The notes beneath the pieces are model-generated. The model worked only from the letters and a program-made list of their open reading frames with translations. It had not been told where the DNA came from and ran no database searches. Position numbers and translations under genes: made by a program. A stretch of DNA of 64,000 nucleotides from Blastocatellia bacterium (lineage in GTDB: Bacteria > Acidobacteriota > Blastocatellia > RBC074), in NCBI GenBank assembly GCA_035560235.1, contig DATMAG010000049.1:24300-88299 (forward strand). The letters run 5' to 3'. Shown piece by piece: positions 1 to 8,396 of the stretch (position 1 is the stretch's first letter; each line of letters begins with the position of its first letter).

Positions 1-660
1 CGGCGCGCGGTAGCCGTCAAAGACCAGATCGGCGTAGGCAAAATCGTGAATGATCAGCCAGCCGCGCTGCCGGGCCAGGTCAACGCATTCGGCAAAAAAT
101 TCGCGGTCAACACACACGGTCGTCGGATTGTGCGGGAACGACAGCACCAGCACTTTCGGCTGCTGCGAGGGCGCGTAATCCAGCTTTCTGAGTTCGCTCA
201 GAAAAACATCCGGCCCGTGATTGATCGGCAGCTTGATCAGTTCGCATCCGGCAATCGTCGCAGCAAAGGAGTGAATCGGGTAGCTCGGATCAGGCACGAT
301 CACCTTGTCGCCCGGCTCAACGAGCGCAAGCACGAGGTGTGAAAATCCTTCCTTCGCGCCGATGGTCGTGATGACTTCGGTTTCAGGATCAAGCTCGACA
401 TTGAAACGGCGCGCGTACCAGTTGGCCATTTCGAGCCTGAGATTCGGAATGCCCTTCGACATTGAATAGCGATGATTACGCGGATTGCGCGCCGCTTCGA
501 TGAGTTTGTCAACAATCGGTTCAGGCGTGGCCAGATCGGGATTGCCCATGCCCAGGTCAATGATGTCCTCGCCGCGCCGGCGCGCTTCCATCTTCAACTG
601 GTTGACGACGGCGAACACGTAAGGCGGCATTTTTTCGATCAGCGGAAAACGGTAATTCAT
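1..660 (-). CDS. class I/II pyridoxal-phosphate aminotransferase (alanine/aspartate aminotransferase-like); the start codon is in the window and the 3-prime end runs off the left edge
   Basis: My own minus-strand translation from the ATG (reverse complement of 658-660) reads MNYRFPLIEKMPPYVFAVVNQLKMEARRRGEDIIDLGMGNPDLATPEPIVDKLIEAARNPRNHRYSMSKGIPNLRLEMANWY...VLVLSFPHNPTTVCVD... It stays open for about 220 codons to the window edge, and the motifs are typical of AlaA/AspC-type enzymes. It is absent from the ORF track because it has no in-window stop. Confidence 0.75.
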   Translation of the reverse strand, partial: MNYRFPLIEKMPPYVFAVVNQLKMEARRRGEDIIDLGMGNPDLATPEPIVDKLIEAARNPRNHRYSMSKGIPNLRLEMANWYARRFNVELDPETEVITTIGAKEGFSHLVLALVEPGDKVIVPDPSYPIHSFAATIAGCELIKLPINHGPDVFLSELRKLDYAPSQQPKVLVLSFPHNPTTVCVDREFFAECVDLARQRGWLIIHDFAYADLVFDGYRAP

Positions 661-705
661 ACGATTGCAGATTGCAGATTGCCAGTTGCGGATTTAGATT
701 GTCAC
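661..705. repeat. GATTGCAG direct-repeat motif (gattgcagattgcagattgcc) immediately upstream of the aminotransferase start codon; a related copy lies at 19219-19289
   Basis: Tandem gattgcag units are read directly at 664-684. The same CAATCTGCAATCTG motif on the minus strand recurs upstream of the coaD start. Confidence 0.5.
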
Positions 706-768
706 AGCAGTCTTCAAATACTTCCTGCTGCATCTTCAAGGATTATTCTCAAAGGAGACAGACCGAAC

Positions 769-1326
769 ATGAATTCCGGCCCTGCTGCCACATCCGAGTT
801 CAATAACCCGAATCTTGAAATTCTCATTCCTGTCGACGTTTTGCAAGCCCGGATTCGGGAAATCGGGGCAGAGATTGCCCGTGATTATGCGGGTCGCAAG
901 CCTGAACTGATCTGTATTCTCAAGGGCGCGATGATGTTTATGAGCGACCTGATGCGCGCCATTGACCTGGAGCTGACGATTGATTTCATTGCTGTCTCAA
1001 GTTACGGCAAGGGGACCCGTTCGACCGGCGAGGTGAAGATCGTCAAGGATCTGGACAAGCCGCTGGAAGGCCGCGACATCATTCTCGTGGAAGACATTCT
1101 CGATACCGGACTGACGCTCAGCTATCTGGTCAACAACTTCCGTTCGCGCGGAGCAACTTCAATCAGAATCGCCACTCTGCTCAACAAACCCTCGCGTCGC
1201 AAGGTTGAGGTTGATGTTGCCTACAAAGGATTCGATATCCCGGATGAATTCGTCGTCGGCTACGGCCTCGATTACGCGGAACGATACCGCAACCTGCCCT
1301 ACATCGGAGTAGTGCGAAACCCGTGA
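769..1326 (+). CDS. hpt: hypoxanthine-guanine phosphoribosyltransferase
   Basis: It lies in the 472..1326 ORF frame. The ATG is at 769 with an AAGGAG Shine-Dalgarno sequence about 10 nt upstream. The product carries the PRTase motif DIILVEDILDTGLTLSY, and the HPRT-like sequence reads PVDVLQARIREIGAEIARDY...ILKGAMMFMSDL...VVGYGLDY. Confidence 0.85.
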   Translation: MNSGPAATSEFNNPNLEILIPVDVLQARIREIGAEIARDYAGRKPELICILKGAMMFMSDLMRAIDLELTIDFIAVSSYGKGTRSTGEVKIVKDLDKPLEGRDIILVEDILDTGLTLSYLVNNFRSRGATSIRIATLLNKPSRRKVEVDVAYKGFDIPDEFVVGYGLDYAERYRNLPYIGVVRNP

Positions 1327-1436
1327 AGAAGGAAGAGGAGACAAGGGGAAGAGGGGACTGTTATTACATTCAGGCTCTCTCGTTTTTAGATCAGAGGATG
1401 TTGTCTCCTCTTCCCCTTGTCTCACTTTCCTTCTTC
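1325..1436. terminator. long inverted repeat forming a probable bidirectional terminator between the convergent hpt and TonB-family genes
   Basis: The arm gaagaaggaagaggagacaaggggaagagg (1325-1355) is matched by its reverse complement cctcttccccttgtctcactttccttcttc (1406-1436). The arms flank a roughly 50-nt loop. Confidence 0.5.
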
Positions 1437-2718
1437 AGTTCGGTTTGGGTGATGGAGCGGACGAGGCTGGTGAGGCTGCTGGTTTTGCCTTCGATGCCTT
1501 CACATCAAAGGTGATGATGCCGCTGACCTGAACGGGTTTGCCTTCGAATGAGGCTGGTTGAAATGTCCATTTATGCGCTGCCGCGACTGCGAGGCCGCCG
1601 ATTTCTGCGCGTCCGCTGACCTGCCGGGCAAAGACCACATCGCCGCCAGGCCCGACCAGCACTTCAACCTTGACAAGCCCTGGCACCAGCTGACCGAACA
1701 TTGCGCCGCGTCCCGGCCCGACTGAAACTGCGCCGCCACTGTAAGTCACTCCTTTCGAGGCTGGGTCGTCAGGGTCACCTTTCTGGACAGGCGGGCGGTA
1801 AGGCGGGATTACTGCCACAGCCCGGCTGACCGGACGTCCGCCCTGAAGTTTCAGCAGCATCGGATCAGTCAGCAGCGAATCTTCATCCGGCGTGGTGGCA
1901 AATTCGCCAACGCGCACGGTCGGCGCGCCAAAATTGGCTGCAACCGGGCCTTTCGTCTGACTTGCCTGCTGAAAATAACCGAACGCCTGGCGCAGCGATT
2001 CCAGCGCCAGTTTGCGCTCCTCAGCGGCCTGTGATTCGTCTTCGGCAATCAGCGCGGCTTCAGTATGCAGCAGGTTTCTGACATTCAGCGCTTCAGCATA
2101 ATCGGACTTGACCTCAAGCGCGCGTTTCACCGCCTCAAGTCCCTGCGCGATGTGACCTCTGGCGCTGGCCAGATCCTTTTCCTTCAGCTTGTAAGTTACC
2201 TGCCCCTGCTTCAGTTCACCGCCCGCTGCAATCAGGTCGTGAACTTCGCGCCAGTGCGTCAGCGCGCTCCAGTAATCACAGTAGGCCCTGACCGAAAGTT
2301 TCTGTTCCGGCAGTTGCGCGCGCTGCTGAAACATCTCGCGCGCCTTCGCCTGCAGATCCAGGCGAAAAGCCGTCACCGCCGCCAGGCCGAGCGCTTCATC
2401 ATTCTGCGGTTCAAGTTTGATGGCGGCCTCAAACTTTTGCAGCGCCGGTTTGTACTTTTCAGCCCGGTAAAGTTTTTTGCCCTGATCAATCAGGTCCCGG
2501 GCAGTGAGTGTCGGTTTGTTCTGAGCGGGGGGTTGCGTGCCTGGCGAGGCAATTTTGCCGGATGGCTGCACTGTTCTGGCCGGGACTGTTTTCTTCGCTG
2601 GCGTTCCCGGCGCGGCTGAAGGTTTCTTCTCCTGTGCAGGCATGCTGGTGACAGAGAGCAGAATCAGCGACAGGCCGACGACTGAGCAGCCGACCGGAGA
2701 GTTAGATAATTTCTTCAT
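1435..2718 (-). CDS. TonB-family protein with signal peptide, Pro-rich linker, TPR repeats and a C-terminal TonB energy-transducer domain
   Basis: The N-terminus MKKLSNSPVGCSVVGLSLILLSV is hydrophobic. A proline-rich stretch and TPR-like helical repeats follow (AEKYKPALQKFEAAIKLEP...). The C-terminus ...VKVEVLVGPGGDVVFARQVSGRAEIGGLAVAAAHKWTFQPASFEGKPV... is typical of a TonB C-terminal domain. Confidence 0.65.
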   Translation of the reverse strand: MKKLSNSPVGCSVVGLSLILLSVTSMPAQEKKPSAAPGTPAKKTVPARTVQPSGKIASPGTQPPAQNKPTLTARDLIDQGKKLYRAEKYKPALQKFEAAIKLEPQNDEALGLAAVTAFRLDLQAKAREMFQQRAQLPEQKLSVRAYCDYWSALTHWREVHDLIAAGGELKQGQVTYKLKEKDLASARGHIAQGLEAVKRALEVKSDYAEALNVRNLLHTEAALIAEDESQAAEERKLALESLRQAFGYFQQASQTKGPVAANFGAPTVRVGEFATTPDEDSLLTDPMLLKLQGGRPVSRAVAVIPPYRPPVQKGDPDDPASKGVTYSGGAVSVGPGRGAMFGQLVPGLVKVEVLVGPGGDVVFARQVSGRAEIGGLAVAAAHKWTFQPASFEGKPVQVSGIITFDVKASKAKPAASPASSAPSPKPN

Positions 2719-2804
2719 ATAACCAGCCTCCCGCGATCTGGTGATGGTTGCCGAATCCAGCGTCCTGCTGAATCAGAGCCGGACGCAGTTGCCCTGATTT
2801 CAAA

Positions 2805-2839
2805 GAGGCTCACGAATCTCAGGCTGAGGCGTGAGCCTC
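2805..2839 (-). terminator. stem-loop downstream of ndk (gaggctcacg..cgtgagcctc)
   Basis: A 10-bp perfect inverted repeat with a 15-nt loop. On the minus strand it is followed by TTTGAAATC. Confidence 0.35.
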
Positions 2840-2887
2840 GCCGGTAAAGCTCGCGGCAATGCTCACACCCGATGATGGCTGATGGCT

Positions 2888-3313
2888 TCAGCAGAATTCC
2901 GTCGCGTTGAAGAAGTAGCTCAGTTCAATTCTGGCATTCTCAGGCGAGTCTGACCCGTGGACGGCATTTTCGCCGACGCTCGTGCCGAAGTCACCGCGAA
3001 TCGTCCCTTTCGGCGCTTTGGTTGAATCGGTCGGCCCCATCAGATCGCGCCACGCCTGCACCGCGTTCTCCTTTTCAAGCGCCATTACGACGACCGGCCC
3101 GCTGATCATGAATTCGACAAGTTCACCGAAGAAGGGCCGTTCACGATGCACGGCGTAAAAACCCTCAGCCACGGGTTTCGTCAGGTGCAGCATCTTCAGC
3201 GCGCGCACCTTGAACCCATTGTCAGTGATGCGCTGAATGATGTTGCCGATGTTGCCCGCGCGCACGGCATCGGGCTTGATGATTGCAAAAGTCATTGTTG
3301 GTGTTTCTGCCAT
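2888..3313 (-). CDS. ndk: nucleoside diphosphate kinase
   Basis: [73 protein letters not shown]...[20 protein letters not shown]. The sequence is diagnostic for Ndk. Confidence 0.9.
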   Translation of the reverse strand: MAETPTMTFAIIKPDAVRAGNIGNIIQRITDNGFKVRALKMLHLTKPVAEGFYAVHRERPFFGELVEFMISGPVVVMALEKENAVQAWRDLMGPTDSTKAPKGTIRGDFGTSVGENAVHGSDSPENARIELSYFFNATEFC

Positions 3314-3566
3314 AGCTCCTCAAGTAAGTAATTGATCTGATCCTTCAGAATTATCAGTGGCTTTGTCAGGTAGTGATGGATAATACCATTGATGATTACG
3401 CGATTAGAAGCGCACGGCAGAGTGGCAGACAGTCACCGTCCCGGCATTTCTTCGGTTCAGCCATCTCTGCTCAAATCCCTGTGAGAAATTTCAGAGTGTC
3501 GCATATAATTCGGGCTTCAGCAGTCAACAGCAGAACCCTTTCCCCGCTGAGACAGAGAACTGAGCA

Positions 3567-4016
3567 ATGGAAGTCAGACGGTTTGAAGCAGGTGATGCAG
3601 ACCTGGCGCTTGAAATCATCCGGACACTCAAAATCACCGACAGCGAGCTGCGCCGCCGGTTGAGCGCCGCTGAGCTGCGCCACTTTCTTTCACGCCCTGA
3701 AAACTATCTGATCTGCGCCACAGAAGACGGCGGCCCGGCAGGTTATCTCGTAGCTTACCTGCTGGATCGCGTTGACCGCGCTCAGCCCATGATGCTCCTT
3801 TATGAAATCGCCGTGGCCGAAGCGCTTCATCGCAAGGGCATCGGAACCGCAATGATCAGGCTGCTCAAAAAGTATTGCCGGGAACAGAATGTGATGAAGA
3901 TGTGGGTTCACACGAACAGATCAAATCAGGCAGCAATGCGGCTGTATCAGACAACTGGCGGGATCGCTGATCCTGCCGGTGATGAAATAACATTTCTCTA
4001 CACTGCCGAAGCCTGA
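3567..4016 (+). CDS. GNAT-family N-acetyltransferase
   Basis: The GNAT acetyl-CoA-binding core reads ...YEIAVAEALHRKGIGTAMIRLLKKYCREQNVMKMWVHTNRSNQAAMRLYQTTGG. Confidence 0.6.
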   Translation: MEVRRFEAGDADLALEIIRTLKITDSELRRRLSAAELRHFLSRPENYLICATEDGGPAGYLVAYLLDRVDRAQPMMLLYEIAVAEALHRKGIGTAMIRLLKKYCREQNVMKMWVHTNRSNQAAMRLYQTTGGIADPAGDEITFLYTAEA

Positions 4017-4079
4017 AGCAGCGCGGCAGAATCGGCCCGGCTGTTATTTCCCTCATTAGCGCCAGACGGAGAAAAAGGC

Positions 4080-6701
4080 ATGACGAGAAAGGCTGACTCT
4101 TCCAGAATGTTTGTCGTGCTGATGTTCATCAGCCTGCTGCTCAGCGCGCAGCGCGCTGCTCGTTCCGCCGGACAGGCAGCGCCGCCATCGCAGTCAGGCG
4201 TGGAATTCTTCGAGAAAAAAATTCGTCCGGTTCTCGCTGAAAGCTGCTACGGCTGCCACAGCGCGCAGGCGAAGAAACCAAAAGGCGGGCTGATGCTCGA
4301 TTCACAGGCCGCAATGCTCAGGGGCGGCGCATCAGGTCTGCCTGCCATCGTCCCCGGCGATATTGAAAAAAGCCTGCTCATCAAGGCGATTCGTTACAGC
4401 GATGCAAAGTTGCAGATGCCGCCCACAGGCAGACTGCCCGATCAGGTCATCAGGGATTTTGAGGAATGGATCAGAATGGGCGCGCCCGATCCGCGCAGGT
4501 CAGAACCTGCTGCCGCCGCTGCCTGGTCGCCTTACGATTACAACGAAGCAAAAAAATTCTGGTCATATCAGCCAGTCAAAGACTCGCCACCGCCGCAGGT
4601 CAGAAACACTGCCTGGGCCAGATCACCGATTGATCAGTTCATCCTCGCAAAGCTTGAAGAAAAAAATCTCAGGCCGGTTGGCGACGCCGACAAACGCACG
4701 CTGATTCGTCGCGCCACATTCGATCTGACCGGGCTGCCGCCGACGCCTGATGAAGTCGAAGCCTTTCTGAACGACAAATCACCGGACGCTTTTGAAAAGG
4801 TGGTTGACCGGCTGCTTGCTTCGCCTGCTTACGGCGAGAAATGGGGCCGTCACTGGCTCGATGTCGTGCGTTATGCCGACACCGCCGGAGACAATTCTGA
4901 TTACCCTGTCCCGGCGGCTTATCGCTATCGCAACTACGTCATCAAATCATTCAATCAGGACAAGCCATACGATCAGTTCATCCGCGAACAGATTGCCGGT
5001 GATCTGCTGCCCGCAAAGACTGAAGCTGAAAAATATGAAAGGATCATTGCCACGGGCTATCTGGCCGCTTCGCGCCGCTTCGGGTCGCGCAACAAGGAGA
5101 TGGATCTGACGATTGACGACACGATTGACAACCTCGGCAAAGCCTTTCTCGGCCTCAGCACCAGTTGCGCGCGTTGTCACGATCACAAGTTTGATCCGAT
5201 TCCGATGCGTGATTATTACGCCCTCTACGGCATCTTCAACAGTTCGCGCTATTCCTTCCCCGGCGCTGAAATTTATCCGCACCCGGCTGAAATGGTCGCG
5301 CTCGCATCAGGCAAAGAGGCCGAGAAGTTTTACAAGTACCAGAAGGAACTGAGCAGCCTCGATGACCGCAAGGAATTTCTGACCGCTGAAAAAGGCTTCG
5401 CCGCGCGCAATAAAAAACTGAAGGAACAACAGGCGCAGAACGCAGGCAGCGAAAACAAAGCCGCAAACGCGAACAACCAGAGCGGCAACCAGGCTGAAAC
5501 GAAAAAGCCCGAACCGCAAAAAGAACCTGCGAATGAACTGAAGCCTGCTGACTTTGATCGTGACGCCGACATCTGGGGCCGCGCCGGAAAGACCACGCGA
5601 ATGCCTGAAGAGGTTGAAGCTGAAATGAAGCAGGTCAGGGCGCGCGTTCTCGAACTGCACGCGGCTCCGGTCAAAGTTGACAAGGCTTATGCCGTGACTG
5701 AGGGTCTGCCCGCTAATGCCCGCATTCATCGCAAGGGCGAGCGCAACAACCTGGGCGATGAGGTGCAGCGCGGCTTCCTTACAATTCTCGGTGGTCAGAA
5801 AGTTCCCGCTGATTACAAAGGCAGCGGACGCGATCTGCTGGCCGGATGGATCGCTGATGCGAAAAATCCGCTGACCGCGCGCGTGATGGTCAATCGCATC
5901 TGGCAATATCATTTCGGCAAGGGCCTGGTGCAGACACCCAACGATTTCGGCACACGCGGCAAAGCGCCGACGCATCCTGAACTGCTCGATTACCTGGCCG
6001 CGCGCTTTATTGAATCAGGCTGGTCAGTCAAAAAGATGCACAAGCTGCTGATGCTTTCGCGCGTCTACCAGATGGCCAGCTCTGACGACGCGAAGAACGC
6101 TGCCATTGATGTCAGCAATGATTATTTGTGGCGCTTCAATCGCCGCCGCCTGCTTGCTGAAGAGTTCCGCGACGCGGTGCTTTTTGTCAGCGGCACGCTT
6201 GATCGCACGATGGGCGGCGAACATCCGTTTCCGCCCGAATCAACCTGGCATTTCACGCAGCACGAACAGTTTTTCGCCACTTATGAAACGAACCGCCGCA
6301 GCGTGTACATCATGCAGCAGCGGCTCAAAAAACATCCGTTCTTTGAAGTCTTCGACGGAGCCGATCAGAACTCAACGACTGACAAACGCAGCGCCAGCAC
6401 AACGCCGGTGCAGGCGCTCTACCTGATGAACAATCCGCTGATGCACGAACAGGCCGATCATTTCGCCGTGCGCGTCGGAATGGCCTTTGACACCGTGCGC
6501 GAGCGCATTGATTACGCCTTCCGCCTGGCTTACGGGCGCCCGGCCAGACCTGACGAAATCAAAGAGGCACAGGCTTATCTGCAACAGGTGCGGCAGGATT
6601 TGCAGGCCGTCAACACTCCGGCAGAACGCCTGAACCGCGCGGCGCTGGCCAGTTATTTACGTGTGGTGCTGAGCAGTAATGAGTTTCTGTATGTTGATTG
6701 A
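4080..6701 (+). CDS. PSCyt1/DUF1549/DUF1553 family protein (planctomycete cytochrome c domain protein)
   Basis: A signal peptide is followed by an N-terminal CYGCHS (CxxCH) motif. The conserved DUF1549 and DUF1553 regions follow (...WGRHWLDVVRYADTAG..., ...SCARCHDHKFDPIPMRDYY..., ...LTARVMVNRIWQYHFGKGLV...). The protein is 873 aa. Confidence 0.7.
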   Translation: MTRKADSSRMFVVLMFISLLLSAQRAARSAGQAAPPSQSGVEFFEKKIRPVLAESCYGCHSAQAKKPKGGLMLDSQAAMLRGGASGLPAIVPGDIEKSLLIKAIRYSDAKLQMPPTGRLPDQVIRDFEEWIRMGAPDPRRSEPAAAAAWSPYDYNEAKKFWSYQPVKDSPPPQVRNTAWARSPIDQFILAKLEEKNLRPVGDADKRTLIRRATFDLTGLPPTPDEVEAFLNDKSPDAFEKVVDRLLASPAYGEKWGRHWLDVVRYADTAGDNSDYPVPAAYRYRNYVIKSFNQDKPYDQFIREQIAGDLLPAKTEAEKYERIIATGYLAASRRFGSRNKEMDLTIDDTIDNLGKAFLGLSTSCARCHDHKFDPIPMRDYYALYGIFNSSRYSFPGAEIYPHPAEMVALASGKEAEKFYKYQKELSSLDDRKEFLTAEKGFAARNKKLKEQQAQNAGSENKAANANNQSGNQAETKKPEPQKEPANELKPADFDRDADIWGRAGKTTRMPEEVEAEMKQVRARVLELHAAPVKVDKAYAVTEGLPANARIHRKGERNNLGDEVQRGFLTILGGQKVPADYKGSGRDLLAGWIADAKNPLTARVMVNRIWQYHFGKGLVQTPNDFGTRGKAPTHPELLDYLAARFIESGWSVKKMHKLLMLSRVYQMASSDDAKNAAIDVSNDYLWRFNRRRLLAEEFRDAVLFVSGTLDRTMGGEHPFPPESTWHFTQHEQFFATYETNRRSVYIMQQRLKKHPFFEVFDGADQNSTTDKRSASTTPVQALYLMNNPLMHEQADHFAVRVGMAFDTVRERIDYAFRLAYGRPARPDEIKEAQAYLQQVRQDLQAVNTPAERLNRAALASYLRVVLSSNEFLYVD

Positions 6702-6707
6702 AGAATG

Positions 6708-6962
6708 GAACGCGGGTGAATCCGATGCGACTGAGCAATACAGATTCTGATCAGTCTTCATCCGTTGCATCAGTTTCATCGGCGTTCCATTTTCTGAAAA
6801 GCAATGGAACGCGGATTGAACGGATGCAACAGATAAACACAGATCAGCCCTGATCCGTCATATCAGTTTCATCCGTATTCCATTACCTTTCAGAAAATAG
6901 AACGCGGATGAAACTGATGATACAGATAAAAGACGGATCGGTGCTTATCCGTCGCATCCGTC
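6708..6962. repeat. three tandem palindromic units of about 85-90 bp (family A: AATGGAACGCG...CGCGTTCCATT)
   Basis: Each unit has terminal inverted repeats such as aatggaacgcgggtgaatccgatg ... catcagtttcatcggcgttccatt. Units start near 6712, 6803 and 6900. Related single copies lie at 37828-37912 and 54480-54605. Confidence 0.6.
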
Positions 6963-7001
6963 CAATCCGTGTTCCATTCAGCATTGATTGAGAGAGTCGC
7001 T

Positions 7002-8372
7002 ATGAAACCTGATAATCCATCCCGTCGCCAGATGCTTCGCTCGCTGTTCAGCGGTTCAATTCTGATGCCCGCTGTTTTCTCGCACCTGCTCACCGCCGAA
7101 GCGCGCGGCGAAGATAATCCGCTCGCGCCCAAAGCTCCGCACTTTCCGGCCAAGGCAAAAAGGGTGATCTTTATCTATCTGCCCGGCGGCTTCTCGCACG
7201 TTGATTCGTTCGATTACAAGCCGAAGCTGATTGATGATGCGAAAAACAATCGTCTGTACCAGGGCAAGCGCATCCTGCTGTCGCCGCTGTGGGAGTTCAA
7301 ACCGCGCGGCAAATCAGGCGCGATGATCAGCGATCTGTTTCCGCATATCGCTGAATGCGCCGACGACATCTGCCTCATCAATTCAATGCATGGCGATCAC
7401 AACGATCATTTTCAGGCGACGCTCGGCATTCACACCGGCTCGGTCACGTTCAAGCGTCCGAGCATCGGGTCGTGGGTCAGTTACGGCCTCGGCACTGAAA
7501 ATCAGAACCTGCCATCATTCGTCGTGCTTGCGCCGCAACTGCCTTACACCGGCGGACAAATCTGGGATTCAGATTTTCTGCCTGCCGTGCATCAGGGCGT
7601 GCGCGTCGTTGCGGGTGAAGAGCCTGTTCCGAATCTCAATCGCCGTTCTCCTTCGCCACAAATTCAGCAGGAAGAACTGAGCCTGCTTGAACGCTTCAAT
7701 CGGCGTCACCTGCAGACACACGCCGCCGATCCTGAGTTGTCGGCGCGCATCAAAACCTATGAAACGGCCTTCGGCATGCAGCGCGAAATGCCTGAGGTTT
7801 TAGATCTGTCGAAAGAGACTGACGCGACGCTGAAGCTGTACGGCCTCGAACGCGGGCAGACGAAAGGCTTCGGCTGGCAGTGCCTGGTCGCGCGCCGAAT
7901 GGTTGAACGCGGAGTGCGTTTCATCGAACTGATTGATGTCGGTGCCTCGAAAAACTGGGACGCGCACGGCGATATGAAGACTCACGAACCGCTCGCCCGC
8001 AACGTGGACAAAGCCACCGCCGGATTGCTGAAGGATCTGAAATCGCGTGGCCTGCTCAATGACACGCTCGTTGTCTTCACCACTGAATTTGGTCGCTCGC
8101 CCACGGCTGAAGGCGATTACGGGCGCGGCCATTTCAATACGGTCTTTTCATCGTGGCTCGCAGGCGGCGGCATCAAAAGCGGGATCGTCTACGGCAGGTC
8201 AGATGATTACGGGATGAAGGTTGCTGAGAATGAATGCCACGTGCATGACTTTCACGCGACGATTCTGCACTGCCTGGGCTTCGATCACACGCGGCTGACC
8301 TTCCGGCACGGCGGGCGCGATTTCAGGCTGACGGATGTGCACGGCAATGTGGTGAAGGCAATCCTCGCCTGA
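7002..8372 (+). CDS. DUF1501 family protein (sulfatase-like fold) with Tat signal
   Basis: A Tat motif SRRQMLRSLFSGSILMPAVF is present. Conserved DUF1501 regions include ...VIFIYLPGGFSHVDSFDYKP..., ...NSMHGDHNDHFQAT... and ...WDAHGD... The ORF starts at 6969, but I prefer the ATG at 7002. This is the usual partner of DUF1549/DUF1553 proteins. Confidence 0.7.
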   Translation: MKPDNPSRRQMLRSLFSGSILMPAVFSHLLTAEARGEDNPLAPKAPHFPAKAKRVIFIYLPGGFSHVDSFDYKPKLIDDAKNNRLYQGKRILLSPLWEFKPRGKSGAMISDLFPHIAECADDICLINSMHGDHNDHFQATLGIHTGSVTFKRPSIGSWVSYGLGTENQNLPSFVVLAPQLPYTGGQIWDSDFLPAVHQGVRVVAGEEPVPNLNRRSPSPQIQQEELSLLERFNRRHLQTHAADPELSARIKTYETAFGMQREMPEVLDLSKETDATLKLYGLERGQTKGFGWQCLVARRMVERGVRFIELIDVGASKNWDAHGDMKTHEPLARNVDKATAGLLKDLKSRGLLNDTLVVFTTEFGRSPTAEGDYGRGHFNTVFSSWLAGGGIKSGIVYGRSDDYGMKVAENECHVHDFHATILHCLGFDHTRLTFRHGGRDFRLTDVHGNVVKAILA

Positions 8373-8396
8373 GGTGTCAGAGCAACAATCAGCTTC

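Noticed and set aside
6708-6962. Tandem repeat array considered as a possible CRISPR array
   Set aside because: The units are about 85-90 bp, internally palindromic and differ from each other throughout. There is no short conserved repeat alternating with unique spacers, and no cas genes nearby.
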